Below the pieces are notes generated by a model that was given only the letters and a program-made list of their open reading frames with translations, was not told where the DNA came from and ran no database searches. A DNA stretch of 64,000 nucleotides from Actinomycetota bacterium (GTDB lineage Bacteria > Actinomycetota > Geothermincolia > Fen-727 > Anoxymicrobiaceae): NCBI GenBank assembly GCA_018831265.1, contig JAHJCO010000052.1, positions 22,597 through 86,596 on the forward strand. The letters run 5' to 3'. Below, one piece after another: positions 18,428 through 28,306 of this stretch; positions within the stretch are counted from its first letter, which is position 1, and every line of letters starts with the position of its first letter. Made by a program: the position numbers and the translations under genes.

Positions 18428-19219
18428 TCACTTCTTGAGGCCGATGTAGTAGAGGCGGTTGAAGCTCACCGTCACCAGCCCGTCGCGGGCGTCCGTCTCC
18501 ATCTCCTCACGGACCGCGCGGTTGAACGCCTCTACGTAATCGTCACCGATCTCGACGTCGTAGGCGGCTCCGTCCACGAAGCCCCGCGCCGCACCCGTGA
18601 TGTAGATGCCGTAGGCCTCCTCGACGGTGTGCTCGCTCGTCTCCACCTCGATCGCCGCATGCGTGGTGGCGAAGCCGCAGCGCTCGAACAGCGTGCGGTA
18701 CTGATCCAGGCCCGGGAGCTGGAACCACGGGTTGCACCAGTGGGCCCAGGTTGGTGCCAGGTCGGCTCGCTCCCCCGCGCGCGCCACCATGGTGTTGAAC
18801 CAGGGGGCGAAGTCGGGTGTCGCGGGACAGCACACGCCCAACCGCCCGGGTCTGGCAAGGGCCTGGTACATCGCGGAGATAGCCCCCACCGCGTTGCCGA
18901 ACCACTGCAGCGTGGAGTTGCAGAAGACGACGTCGAACTCCTCCTCGTAGTCCAGGTCCTCGGCCGCCACGCACCTGAATTCCATACCCGGGTGACTGGA
19001 GCGGGCCTTCTCGATCATGCCCTCCGAGATGTCGGCACCGACCACCCGTCCGCCGGTCCTGCGCGCGAGCTCCGCGGTGATATGTCCCGGGCCGCAGCCC
19101 ACGTCCAGCACCGACTTCCCCGGCTTGAGGTCCAGCAGGTCCATGAGCCGGTCGGCCGCTTTCCGCTGCACCACGGACTTCGCGCGATAGTCGCCGGACA
19201 CCGGATCGAACACTCCCAT
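18428..19219 (-). CDS. class I SAM-dependent methyltransferase (Tam/UbiE-like)
   Basis: Internal start MGVFDPVSGDYRAK.... Motif I VLDVGCGPG; motif post-I VVGADISEGM. Confidence 0.7.
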   Translation of the reverse strand: MGVFDPVSGDYRAKSVVQRKAADRLMDLLDLKPGKSVLDVGCGPGHITAELARRTGGRVVGADISEGMIEKARSSHPGMEFRCVAAEDLDYEEEFDVVFCNSTLQWFGNAVGAISAMYQALARPGRLGVCCPATPDFAPWFNTMVARAGERADLAPTWAHWCNPWFQLPGLDQYRTLFERCGFATTHAAIEVETSEHTVEEAYGIYITGAARGFVDGAAYDVEIGDDYVEAFNRAVREEMETDARDGLVTVSFNRLYYIGLKK

Positions 19220-19317
19220 CGGAAACCTCCCTTCAAGGAGATGATATACGACCGGCGCGGTCGTGCGCCTGTCGCGGCTCAATGTCACCCGGAGGGCATT
19301 CCGTGTATCATGTCGCC

Positions 19318-20235
19318 ATGAAGTCTACTCGTGGACCCCTCGGGCCAAGCCGCGGGAAGGCCCTGCTCTCGGTCACAATGGCCGTGCTGCTGCTGTCTCT
19401 GGTCGTAGCCCTGTCACCCGGGTGCGGCTCGAAGAACGCCTCCGTGCCGACCCTGGACCCCTTCAAGGGGCTCGACTCAGGCCTTGCCTCGGCCTCGGGG
19501 CTGTCGTCGGGCGGGTTCGTGGTGGACGGGTGCCTGTTCACCACGAGGCAGGGCGACGAGCTCGAGGGCGTGCTTCCCCCCGTCAAGCCCCAGGTCCTGA
19601 GCAAGGGCAATACCAACGTGAAGAAGGTCGCCCTGACCATCGACGACGGCTGGAACGCCGACATGCGCATCCTACAGCTCCTCAAGGACAGCAAGGTCAA
19701 GTTCACGGCCTTCCTCATCGGGGGGCGAAACATGGTGGAGAGCAATCCCGATTTCGTGCGGCAGATACAGGAGGCCGGGGGCGAGGTCTGCTCTCACACC
19801 TGGGACCACTACGTGATGCGGGGCAAGGACGAGGCGACCGTCATGATGGAGATCTGGAAGTCGCAGGGAATTATCACCGACATCACCCACCGGGTCCTGC
19901 CGTACATCCGGTTCAGCGGGGGGGCGTACGACCAGCCGGCGCTCGACTGGACCGCGCGCGAGGGCTACTGGGTCGTCAACTGGAGCGCCTCCGACAACGA
20001 CACCGCCAGCGGGGTGACCGTGGACTCGCAGGTGGCGGCGCTGCTCTCCGGGTGCTCGAACGGCGCCATACTGCTGTGCCACTGGGGCGGGCACAACACC
20101 TATGAGGTCCTGGCGCGCGCCATCCCGGAGATACAGAAGCGCGGCTTCGAGGTGACCTCGCTATCCGAGGTCATGGAGGGCACCCCGTACGTGCTCACCG
20201 AGAAGGCCTACCGGGAGCACAACAAGAAGAAGTAG
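19318..20235 (+). CDS. polysaccharide deacetylase (NodB-homology) lipoprotein
   Basis: Signal plus lipobox ...VALSPGCGS. NodB motifs TIDDGW, GGRNMVE, HTWDH, LLCHW. Confidence 0.75.
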   Translation: MKSTRGPLGPSRGKALLSVTMAVLLLSLVVALSPGCGSKNASVPTLDPFKGLDSGLASASGLSSGGFVVDGCLFTTRQGDELEGVLPPVKPQVLSKGNTNVKKVALTIDDGWNADMRILQLLKDSKVKFTAFLIGGRNMVESNPDFVRQIQEAGGEVCSHTWDHYVMRGKDEATVMMEIWKSQGIITDITHRVLPYIRFSGGAYDQPALDWTAREGYWVVNWSASDNDTASGVTVDSQVAALLSGCSNGAILLCHWGGHNTYEVLARAIPEIQKRGFEVTSLSEVMEGTPYVLTEKAYREHNKKK

Positions 20236-20258
20236 TGTGCAAAAGTGCCAGGCACTTT
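20228..20258. terminator. palindrome TGCAAAAGTGCC-A-GGCACTTTTGCA overlapping the deacetylase stop
   Basis: 12-bp perfect arms. Same family as TGCAAAAGGGTCAGGCCCTTTTGCA at 33443. Confidence 0.45.
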
Positions 20259-20350
20259 TGCACCATCTGCCGGGGAAACCGCCTTCCTTATAGAATTAAG
20301 CCTCGAGGGCCGGACGGCCCGCGGTCCTTCAAACGGGGTGGGAGAAGCGG

Positions 20351-22060
20351 ATGGCGGTCAGCAACTCCGAGATAGCGGCGGTGCTGGACGAGGTCGCCGC
20401 CCTTCTCGAGATCAGCGGCGCCTCCTTCTTCCGGGTCCGCGCCTACGAGACGGCCTCCCGGGTCGTCAGGGACCTCTCGCGCCCCGTATCCCGGATGATA
20501 AAGGACCCCGACGCCGACCTCACCGAACTTCCCGGCGTGGGCAAGGACCTCGCCTCCAAGATCACCGAGATAGCGACCACCGGCGACCTGCCGCTGCGCA
20601 GGGAGCTGGAGGAGCAGGTGCCCACCGGCCTGATGGACGTCACGAAGATCGCCGGGCTGGGGCCGCGCAAGGCGTACGCACTCTACCTGGCCTTGGGCGT
20701 CACCGACCTGGACAGCCTGCTGGAGGCCGCCCGCTCCGGAAAGGTCAAGACCGTAAAGGGGTTCGGGCCTAAGACCGAGGCGAACATCCTGGAGGGTATC
20801 TACGCGGTGAAGGGTCTCGGCCGCCGGCTGCTCTGGTCGGACGCCGAGCCGATCGCCGCGCGGGTGGTCGAGCACATGAAGGCCCTGGCCGGCGTCGAGC
20901 GGGCGGTCGCCGCGGGCAGCTTCAGGCGGCTCAAGGACACCGTGGGAGACCTGGACGTGCTGGTGGTGTGCGCGGACGCGGAGGCCGCCGGGGAGCACTT
21001 CGTGTCCCTCCCCGGGGTCACCCGGGTCATCGCAAGGGGGCCTACCCGGAGCAGCGTGGTGGTGGACGACGGGGTGCAGGTGGACATCCGGGTGGTGGAG
21101 GCGGGGTCCTGGGGCTCGGCGCTCCAGTACTTCACGGGCTCGCAGGCGCACAGCATCGCGCTCCGCAGCATGGCGCTGCGCAAGGGCCTCAAGCTCAACG
21201 AGTACGGCGTCTTCCGCGAGGAGGACAGGGTCGCGGGAGAGACGGAGGAGGATGTCTACGCCTCGCTGGGCCTGCCCTGGATAGCGCCCGAACTCAGGGA
21301 GAACCGTGGGGAGATCTCGGCCGCCTTCGAGGGATCGCTGCCCTCGCTGGTCGAGCTCCGCGATATCCGTGGCGACCTCCACGTGCACGTGGAGACCGGC
21401 GAGGACGGCGGCACCCTGGCCGAGATCGTGAAGGCGGCGCGGCGCAAGGGCTACCTCTACATCGCGGTCACCAACCGTGCCGGGTCGGAGGCCGACGGCA
21501 AGGCGCTGCTGGAGACCTGGAAGCGCATCGACAGGGTCAACCAGACGGGGAGCGGCCTGCACGTGCTTCGAGGGGTGGAGGTGGAAATCCTATCCAGCGG
21601 GACGCTGGCCCTGCGCGACGAGTTGCTGTCCCACGCGGACATAGTCGTGGCCGCGATCCACACCGATACCCGGATGAACAGACCGCGCATGACCCGCAGG
21701 GTAATCAAGGCGATGTCACATCGGCACGTGGACGTGCTGGCGCACCCTACGGGCAGGGTCCTGGGAGAGACCCTGCCCTACCAGGTCAGCATGGACGAGG
21801 TCATCGCGGCGGCGGCCCGCTACGACGTAGCCCTGGAGCTGAACGCCTGCCCGCGCAGGCTGGACATAGACGACCTGGCGTGCCACTCGGCGCGCGACCA
21901 CGGGGTAAAGATCGTGGTCGCCACCGACGCGCACTCCGCGCGTGAGCTGGATTACATGCGCTTCGGCATCCACCAGGCGCGGCGCGGCTGGCTGGAGAAG
22001 GGCGACGTGCTGAACACCATGACCTACCGCTCACTAGTGAAGTACCTGCGCCACCGCTGA
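20351..22060 (+). CDS. polX: DNA polymerase X family protein with C-terminal PHP phosphoesterase domain (PolX)
   Basis: N-terminal Pol-beta-like HhH and 8-kDa region (FFRVRAYETAS, LPGVGKDLA), a nucleotidyltransferase domain, and PHP His motifs (HVHVETGEDGG..., HTD..., AHP). Confidence 0.8.
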   Translation: MAVSNSEIAAVLDEVAALLEISGASFFRVRAYETASRVVRDLSRPVSRMIKDPDADLTELPGVGKDLASKITEIATTGDLPLRRELEEQVPTGLMDVTKIAGLGPRKAYALYLALGVTDLDSLLEAARSGKVKTVKGFGPKTEANILEGIYAVKGLGRRLLWSDAEPIAARVVEHMKALAGVERAVAAGSFRRLKDTVGDLDVLVVCADAEAAGEHFVSLPGVTRVIARGPTRSSVVVDDGVQVDIRVVEAGSWGSALQYFTGSQAHSIALRSMALRKGLKLNEYGVFREEDRVAGETEEDVYASLGLPWIAPELRENRGEISAAFEGSLPSLVELRDIRGDLHVHVETGEDGGTLAEIVKAARRKGYLYIAVTNRAGSEADGKALLETWKRIDRVNQTGSGLHVLRGVEVEILSSGTLALRDELLSHADIVVAAIHTDTRMNRPRMTRRVIKAMSHRHVDVLAHPTGRVLGETLPYQVSMDEVIAAAARYDVALELNACPRRLDIDDLACHSARDHGVKIVVATDAHSARELDYMRFGIHQARRGWLEKGDVLNTMTYRSLVKYLRHR

Positions 22061-22136
22061 ACACGAGGCTCGGCGTCGGTTGCGCACTGTCAGCCCTGGG
22101 GAATAGACTCGGCACAGGCATCAGGGAGGTGGCGAC

Positions 22137-22934
22137 ATGGAAAACAGCCAGTGGATCGTGGTAGGGGTCGGGGCCGGTGCGTTCATCCTGGGGATCATCT
22201 TCATCGTCATGGGCGTCCTGTCGCGCAGGAAGCTCACCGCGATCCGTGAAACCCCCACGGTGAAGGCGGACCAGGCGTGCCGGATGGCGGACCCGACAGG
22301 CTCAAAGCTGGTGGAGATAACAGGAAACACGGAGTCTCCGACCCCGCTGACGGCGCCGGCGGGGGGTCGCGAGGTCCTCTATTACAGGCACAAGGTCGAG
22401 CGCATGGAGCGCCGCAGGGTGACCGACTCCAGCGGCAACGAGCGCTGGGAGGAGAACTGGCGCACGGTCCGCGACGACAAGCAGGACACCTCCTTCATCG
22501 TCAAGGACGAGACCGGGCAGGTGTGGGTGAATCCCGACGGTGCTGACTTCGTGCCCGAGCTGATCATGAACGACCAGCCCGGGGCATACGGTTACGACAC
22601 CAGCGCGGGCTCGAGCGTGGGAGGCGTACTGGGCAGCGTTCTGGATACGGTGACCGACGTCGCGAGCGGCTCCTACGGCGATTACTACCGGACCTCGGAG
22701 TGGATAATCCCGCTCGGCGCCCCGGTGTACGTGCTGGGCGGCGCCTGCTCAGGCCAGACCGGCGCACAGATCGTGAAGAGCCAAGGGAAGCCGTTCATAA
22801 TCAGCTACAAACCTGAGACGGAGCTCACGAAGAAGTACACCTGGCACTATGTCCTCTGGTGGGCCTTCGGCGGGCTCCTGGGTGCCGGCGGCATCGCGGC
22901 CGCGGTCTACGGCGCGGGCTTCATGAAGAAATGA
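22137..22934 (+). CDS. membrane protein with N- and C-terminal TM helices flanking a soluble domain (possibly GIDE-like); function unknown
   Basis: TM1 WIVVGVGAGAFILGIIFIVMGVL and TM2 WHYVLWWAFGGLLGAGGIAAAVYGAGF. Confidence 0.45.
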   Translation: MENSQWIVVGVGAGAFILGIIFIVMGVLSRRKLTAIRETPTVKADQACRMADPTGSKLVEITGNTESPTPLTAPAGGREVLYYRHKVERMERRRVTDSSGNERWEENWRTVRDDKQDTSFIVKDETGQVWVNPDGADFVPELIMNDQPGAYGYDTSAGSSVGGVLGSVLDTVTDVASGSYGDYYRTSEWIIPLGAPVYVLGGACSGQTGAQIVKSQGKPFIISYKPETELTKKYTWHYVLWWAFGGLLGAGGIAAAVYGAGFMKK

Positions 22935-23090
22935 AAGAAAACCTCAGACCATTTCTTTCAATTGAAAGAAGACCTCAGACCATTTCTTTCATCAGCGGCT
23001 CTTTACCACCTGGGTGAAAGTTTTGGTCTGAGGTATTCTTTCATGGGTGAAAGTTTTGGTCTGAGGTATTCTTTCATTAGAATTGTCGTA
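22934..23090. repeat. array of four small hairpin units. Two direct copies of GAAAGA(A/G)AACCTCAGACCATTTCTTTCA are followed by two direct copies of their reverse-complement relative GGGTGAAAGTTTTGGTCTGAGGTATTCTTTCAT
   Basis: The array starts at the TGA stop of the upstream gene. The whole region can form a long cruciform. Not CRISPR: only two copies, units are self-complementary, and there are no spacers. Confidence 0.55.
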
Positions 23091-23100
23091 GGAGCGGCTG

Positions 23101-24261
23101 TTGATCAAGTACATTCTTCGTAACATGTGGCGCCGCAAGGCGCGGACCTTCCTGACAGTCTTCGGGATAGTCGTCGGCATCTTCGCCCTGACCGTGCTGG
23201 GGGGTCTATCGGCCCGCCTGACCCAGCAGGTCCAGGGAGCCCGCTCCTGGTTCACCAGTTCAATCTCCGTGGTGCCGTCGGGCTCGGGCCTGTTCGGCGG
23301 CGGGGAGAACCAGTTCTTCGACCTGAAGAAGGTGGAAGAGGTTAAGAACGTGCCGGGCGTCGAGAAGGCGTCGGCGGGGCTGGGGGTGACGCTCGCGGAA
23401 CAGGGCGGGGGGTTCTCCTTCGGCGCACCCGACCTGTTGATAGGGCTTGACCTCTCCGAGGGATCCGGACTGCTGGAGCAGCTCGCGATCGGCGAAGGCC
23501 GGCCCCTTCAGCCGGGCGACCGCGGCAAGGTGACGCTGGGCTCGGTGCTCGCCGAGAAGCGGGACGCACGGGTCGGAGACACCGTGAAGCTGCGGGGAGA
23601 GCCGTTCGAGGTGGTGGGCATCTACCGGCCCACCCTGTCCGCCCCCGACACCTTCGCCTTCGCCGCCTACGAGGACGTCCTGCCGGTCTTCCTGGAAGCG
23701 AACCCCTTCCTGCAGAAGAAGGCGATATCCAGCGTCGTATACGTGATATGGGAGCCGGGGGCGGACCCGGAGGCGGTCGCGGCCCGGATCAAGGACGAGG
23801 TCGAGGACGTCAACGTTATCTCACCCCGCAGGGCCGAGCAGCAGATATCGCAGTTCAGTCTCATCTTCAACGCGATCCTGCTGGGCATCGCGCTCATCGC
23901 CCTTCTGGTGGGCGGGCTCTCGGTGATAAACACCATGATCATGTCGGTGTCGGAACGCACGCGCGAGATAGGCCTGAAGCGGGCCATCGGCGCGGAGACG
24001 CGGACCATCCTGTCGGAGTACCTGCTGGAGTCGGCCACAATCGGGTTGCTGGGCGGCCTGGTAGGCATGCTCCTGGGGCTGGTCGTCATCTGGCTGCTGA
24101 ACAGCGCGACGGCCTCGCAGAACGTGTCCGTGTTCGCCATCACCGTGACGGTGGTCGTCGGCCCGGTGATTTTCGCCACAGTACTGGGGACGGTCGCGGG
24201 CATCTTTCCGGCACTGCGGGCGGCGCGCCTGCGGCCGGTCGAGTCCCTGAAGGAGGATTGA
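23101..24261 (+). CDS. ABC transporter permease, FtsX/MacB family
   Basis: TTG start 7 nt after AGGAG. MIKYILRNMWRRKARTFLTVFGIVVGI followed by a C-terminal FtsX 3-TM. Confidence 0.75.
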   Translation: MIKYILRNMWRRKARTFLTVFGIVVGIFALTVLGGLSARLTQQVQGARSWFTSSISVVPSGSGLFGGGENQFFDLKKVEEVKNVPGVEKASAGLGVTLAEQGGGFSFGAPDLLIGLDLSEGSGLLEQLAIGEGRPLQPGDRGKVTLGSVLAEKRDARVGDTVKLRGEPFEVVGIYRPTLSAPDTFAFAAYEDVLPVFLEANPFLQKKAISSVVYVIWEPGADPEAVAARIKDEVEDVNVISPRRAEQQISQFSLIFNAILLGIALIALLVGGLSVINTMIMSVSERTREIGLKRAIGAETRTILSEYLLESATIGLLGGLVGMLLGLVVIWLLNSATASQNVSVFAITVTVVVGPVIFATVLGTVAGIFPALRAARLRPVESLKED

Positions 24262-24264
24262 ACC

Positions 24265-24990
24265 TTGAGCTCGATCACCCTGGAGGACCTCCACAAGGTG
24301 TACGGGGAGGGCGGCGGCGAGGAGGTGCGCGCAGTGGACGGCATCGACCTCTCCGTGGACAGGGGCGAGTTCGTGGCCATAATCGGGCCGTCGGGCTCCG
24401 GGAAGTCGACCCTCCTGAACCTCATCGGCGGGCTGGACGTGCCCACCTCCGGGCGCGTGGAGGTGGACGGCATGGACACCGGGGGGCTCTCTGACAGGGA
24501 GCTGACCCGGCTGCGCCGCGAGAAGATCGGGTTCGTGTTCCAGGAGTTCAACCTGCTGCCCGTCTTGAATGCGCTGGAGAACGTACAGCTTCCCCTGCGT
24601 TACCTGAAGGTGAACCCGAAGGAGCGCAGGGAACGAGCGATGGAGGCGCTGGAGAAGGTGGACCTGGTGAACCGCGCCGGGAACAGGCCGTCGCAGCTCT
24701 CGGGGGGCGAGAGGCAGCGGGTGGCCATCGCGAGGGCGCTTGTGACGACGCCCGCCCTGGTGCTCGCCGACGAGCCTACCGGCGAGCTCGACACCGCCAA
24801 CACCTGCAGGATAATCGAGTACATGAGGGTTCTGAACAGGGAGCTCGAGCAGACCTTCGCCATCGTCACCCACGACCCCATGGTGGCCCGCTACGCAGGG
24901 CGCGTCATCACGCTCAGGGACGGCCGGGTCGCCTCCGACGAGCCGGGCGAGGATGCCCCGCTCACCTGCGACGACCTCAAGCCGGTCTAG
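24265..24990 (+). CDS. ABC transporter ATP-binding protein (MacB/LolD-like)
   Basis: AAGGAGG RBS then TTG. Walker A GPSGSGKST; signature LSGGERQRVAIARAL. Confidence 0.85.
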   Translation: MSSITLEDLHKVYGEGGGEEVRAVDGIDLSVDRGEFVAIIGPSGSGKSTLLNLIGGLDVPTSGRVEVDGMDTGGLSDRELTRLRREKIGFVFQEFNLLPVLNALENVQLPLRYLKVNPKERRERAMEALEKVDLVNRAGNRPSQLSGGERQRVAIARALVTTPALVLADEPTGELDTANTCRIIEYMRVLNRELEQTFAIVTHDPMVARYAGRVITLRDGRVASDEPGEDAPLTCDDLKPV

Positions 24991-25014
24991 TCGGGCTCCG
25001 CACCCGGGAGTGGT

Positions 25015-25437
25015 TCAGAGCCAGTATACGGGGAGCGACAGATTGCTCTCGAGGATCGAGAACTCGGGGTCGCCGGTGACGAGCACTGCGTCTTCCCTCT
25101 CGGTCAACGCGGCGGCGAAACAGTCCGCGTATGCGATCGGACAAAGAGCCTTGATGTGGGCGGCCTCTAAACAGAGCTGCTTGTCGACGGCAACGATCTC
25201 TATCGGCAGCTCCTCGATCTTTGCGAGCGTCTTCTGTGCGCCCGACAGTCCCCTGTTCCTTTCGCTGACGTACATTACCTCGCCGAGATTGACACCGCTC
25301 ATCATGAGCTTGATGCGACCGCTCCGAGCCTTCCGTAAGAGGTCGGTGACCTCCTCGAACCCGCTCTCCTGCCCGAGGAACGCCACAACGGCGTGGCTAT
25401 CGAGCACGTAGGCGGGTTGCCGCACTGCGGGCATCAC
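25015..25437 (-). CDS. vapC: PIN-domain toxin (VapC-like)
   Basis: 140 aa. PIN acidic residues (VLDSHAVV, ...VTGDPEF). Overlaps the antitoxin stop by 4 nt. Confidence 0.65.
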   Translation of the reverse strand: MMPAVRQPAYVLDSHAVVAFLGQESGFEEVTDLLRKARSGRIKLMMSGVNLGEVMYVSERNRGLSGAQKTLAKIEELPIEIVAVDKQLCLEAAHIKALCPIAYADCFAAALTEREDAVLVTGDPEFSILESNLSLPVYWL

Positions 25438-25673
25438 TCAGCCTCTCTTTCCGCTTCCTCCCGCCGGCTCTTCAGCAAGGCTTCTACTAAAGAGGGGTCA
25501 CCTTTCAGCATCCCGAGCGATTCCTTCACGGGGTCGCGTGACGCCGGTACGACCGCTATCACACCGGCGTAGTCCACGAAGACCACCTTATCCCCCTTCT
25601 TCAGCCCGTAGCGGGTTCGGAGTTCCTTCGGGATGACCACCCATCCTTTCTCTGACAAGGTCGCTGCTCTCAT
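25434..25673 (-). CDS. vapB: AbrB/SpoVT-family antitoxin (VapB-like)
   Basis: MRAATLSEKGWVVIPKELRTRYGLKKGDKV, a SpoVT/AbrB swapped-hairpin. Confidence 0.65.
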   Translation of the reverse strand: MRAATLSEKGWVVIPKELRTRYGLKKGDKVVFVDYAGVIAVVPASRDPVKESLGMLKGDPSLVEALLKSRREEAEREAE

Positions 25674-25689
25674 GGTTATACACCTCCGT

Positions 25690-25745
25690 AATTAGTATAT
25701 ACGATTCTTTGAATTATATATACGCGATTCAAGAGGTGTCGGAGC
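25690..25745 (-). promoter_or_regulatory. candidate vapBC promoter/operator: AT-rich with direct repeats TATATACGATTC / TATATACGCGATTC
   Basis: Immediately upstream of vapB. AbrB-type antitoxins autoregulate through repeated operator half-sites. Confidence 0.35.
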
Positions 25746-25909
25746 TTTGCGTAACATCAACAACAGCAGTTGAACAACGAATCAGCAGCCACAGAAATCG
25801 CCCCGGCGTAGGCCGTGGGACCACCCGGCCTGTTATTCAAGTTACTCCACTTGAATAGTGATAAAACAGTTGTTTATCGTGATTCAATTCTCCGACACCG
25901 CGGCCGCCC

Positions 25910-28306
25910 TCAGTCGTCGAAGCCGCCGATCGTGTCCGTGCCCGCGCCCCGGGAGTTCCAGTACATGGCACGCTCGCACATGATGCGCCCTCCCGCAGTC
26001 AGCGACTCCACCATCACCGCCGCCCGACCTCCTGGCAGGTGGTCGGCCATGTTGAAGGTGACACGCGAGTTCGCGGGGACCTCGGAGTCGAACTGCGGGC
26101 TGCCCAGCCCGTCCGGCGTCATGTAGGTCACCCTCACCGTGACAGGCACGTCGTTGGGATTCTGCACGAGCGTCCAGGTCTCGTGGCCGTTGGCCGTCTC
26201 GCCGTCGGGCAGGAAGAACTTCATGTGACGGTTTGCCATGCCGATCGAGTCGTGGCAGGCCTCCCCCGCCCCGGCGTCCCAGTACATGGCTCTCTCGGTG
26301 ATGATGCTCTGCGAGCCGTGGGCGTGGGTGGAGAAGTCGGGAACGTTCATGCTCGGTGACTCCTGGTTGACGTTGACGGTCCGCCTGGAGTTGGGGGGCA
26401 TCTGGAACGAGGTCTGAGTACTGTCCTGGGGCGTCATGAACGTCAGGGTGACGTCCGTGACCGTGTCGTGCGGGTTCTGCACCAGCACGTAGGTGGTGAA
26501 CCCCCAGCCGACCGAGCCCTCCGCGAGGTAGCAGTCGACCGCCGGGGTCGTGGTCCCGGTGGAGTCGTGACCCTCCCTCCTGCCGTTGCGGTACATCGCC
26601 CGCTCGGGGATGACCGGCACGCTGGAGGTGACCATGATGGACGCGTCGGCGCTCCCGATGTCATCGACCATGCCGAAGCTGCTCCGCGAGTTCGCCGGCA
26701 CCACGTGGTTCACCGGAACCGGCTCGCCGCCCTCGACCATGTAGGTCACCGTGCAGTATGCGTCCTGGGTGTTGGGGTTCTGGATGAGCAGCCAGGTCTC
26801 GAAACCCCACTTCGAGCTTCCCTCGGGCATGTACCAGGTCCGGGCCGGAGCCGTGACCCCCACCGAGCAGTGCCCCTCCGGCGAGAGCGCTCCCTGGCCG
26901 GTCCACATCATGCGGCGGTCCACCGCGATGGTCCGTCCCTCCTTACAGACGACCCTGGTGGAGAAGTCGGCCGTGCCGATGTCGTTCCTGGGGTTGATCA
27001 CGGTCTGGCTGTTCGCGGGGAGCCAGACGTCGGGCCTCTGGGTGGGCCCGGACGGCGTCATGTAGGTCACGGCGGCCGTGGACGCCTGGGCGCTCGGGTT
27101 CTGTATGGTCACGTAGGTCTCGAACCCCCAGTCGCTGGACCCCTCGGCCAGGTACCATGTCGAGAAGTACGCCTTGGTGACGGTCAGGGCTCCCACCCCG
27201 GTCGCGGACTCCCCGTCCGGGTTGCGCACGGTCACGTCCCAGGTCCCGAGCGCCGCCCCGGTCAGGTCCACGTAGCACACAAGCCCCTGCGTATAAGCGA
27301 CCGCCTCGCCGGTCGCCTCGATATCGCCCTGCCCGCTCCTCTCCAGGACCACCTGCGCGCCCTCGTCGAACCCCTGGCCGGCGATGTTCATGGACACCGA
27401 GCCGTTGTTCGGCGCGGTCGACGGCTGCACGTTGCTGACCGACATCTCCGGCTCGGGCTCGGGCTCGGGTTCCGGCTCCTCCTCGATGAACGCCGCGTAG
27501 GCGTCGTTCAGCAGGGGCACGAACTCGGCTGTCGCCTTGAGGTTGCCGGCCTGCGAGGGGTGGTCGTCACCGGTGGGGTAGGCCAGCGTGTTCCCACCGC
27601 CGTCGGTCTTGTGCTGCACCGCGCCGTTCCACCAGCGGTGGTGGTTACCGTTCGCGCTCCCCAGGTCGTTGGTGTCCGGGTCCCCGCCGTTGCTGGTCAG
27701 CACGTTGTAGAAGTCGAATACGAGCACGTTGCCCGTTTCGTAGGAGTCCAGCCAGTCGTTCACCAGCCACTGGTTGAAGGCGCGCGCGTTCGCCGCCCAG
27801 GTCGAATCGCTCAAGGGTGGGGCGGCGATGACCACGAACAGCCTGTCCGATTGCGTGGCGAAGTAATCCAGCAGGGCGATGTAGATACCCTTGGCGTTGG
27901 CCACCGTGTGATACTGAGACCCGCAGGCCTGGCTTCTCAGGGGATTCGAACCGATGGGTGGGACCGGGTCGGAGGGGTTTCCCCTAAGGCCTGAGTTCGG
28001 GAAGCACGACTTGAAGACGACCACCTCGTTCTCGCCGGTGGGATCCGGGTTGGAGGCCATCCGCGAGTAGGAGCAGTTCTGGCCGGACTGGTCGTAGAGC
28101 GCCGCGGTGTAGGTGTCCCGCGAGGGCCCCAGGAACCAGTCGTACCAGTGGCCGATGTCCGTGCGGTCCCCGATGGCATCCGGCCCCCACCCGTAGTTGG
28201 TATCGCTCACGTAGTAGTTGCCGTCCCGCAGGGCCAGCCCGAGGCCGCCGTTGCCATCGGCGAGCCAGTTCTGGCCGGTGGAGTGGTGGACGAAGACGAG
28301 CCTCAC
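25910..28306 (-). CDS. secreted modular protein: N-terminal about 300-aa putative hydrolase-like head, EPEPEPEPEPE linker, IPT/TIG-like Ig domain, and a 4-module WYLAEG...AERAMYW block ending GTDTIGGFDD
   Basis: Modules: STWYLAEGSSDWGFETYVTIQNP, RTWYMPEGSSKWGFETWLLIQNPN, VDCYLAEGSVGWGFTTYVLVQNPH, MKFFLPDGETANGHETWTLVQNPN. The true N-terminus probably extends to about 28411: the in-frame upstream peptide IRRAIAIAVAAGLLCLASPFVPAALAADP is a signal peptide with GGAGAAGGAGG 5 nt before an ATC codon and no canonical start. Confidence 0.75.
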   Translation of the reverse strand: MRLVFVHHSTGQNWLADGNGGLGLALRDGNYYVSDTNYGWGPDAIGDRTDIGHWYDWFLGPSRDTYTAALYDQSGQNCSYSRMASNPDPTGENEVVVFKSCFPNSGLRGNPSDPVPPIGSNPLRSQACGSQYHTVANAKGIYIALLDYFATQSDRLFVVIAAPPLSDSTWAANARAFNQWLVNDWLDSYETGNVLVFDFYNVLTSNGGDPDTNDLGSANGNHHRWWNGAVQHKTDGGGNTLAYPTGDDHPSQAGNLKATAEFVPLLNDAYAAFIEEEPEPEPEPEPEMSVSNVQPSTAPNNGSVSMNIAGQGFDEGAQVVLERSGQGDIEATGEAVAYTQGLVCYVDLTGAALGTWDVTVRNPDGESATGVGALTVTKAYFSTWYLAEGSSDWGFETYVTIQNPSAQASTAAVTYMTPSGPTQRPDVWLPANSQTVINPRNDIGTADFSTRVVCKEGRTIAVDRRMMWTGQGALSPEGHCSVGVTAPARTWYMPEGSSKWGFETWLLIQNPNTQDAYCTVTYMVEGGEPVPVNHVVPANSRSSFGMVDDIGSADASIMVTSSVPVIPERAMYRNGRREGHDSTGTTTPAVDCYLAEGSVGWGFTTYVLVQNPHDTVTDVTLTFMTPQDSTQTSFQMPPNSRRTVNVNQESPSMNVPDFSTHAHGSQSIITERAMYWDAGAGEACHDSIGMANRHMKFFLPDGETANGHETWTLVQNPNDVPVTVRVTYMTPDGLGSPQFDSEVPANSRVTFNMADHLPGGRAAVMVESLTAGGRIMCERAMYWNSRGAGTDTIGGFDD

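Noticed and set aside
22934-23090. Possible CRISPR array
   Set aside because: There are only two copies of each unit. The units are themselves palindromic and are reverse-complement relatives of each other, with no unique spacers and no cas genes. This is a hairpin or REP-like cluster.
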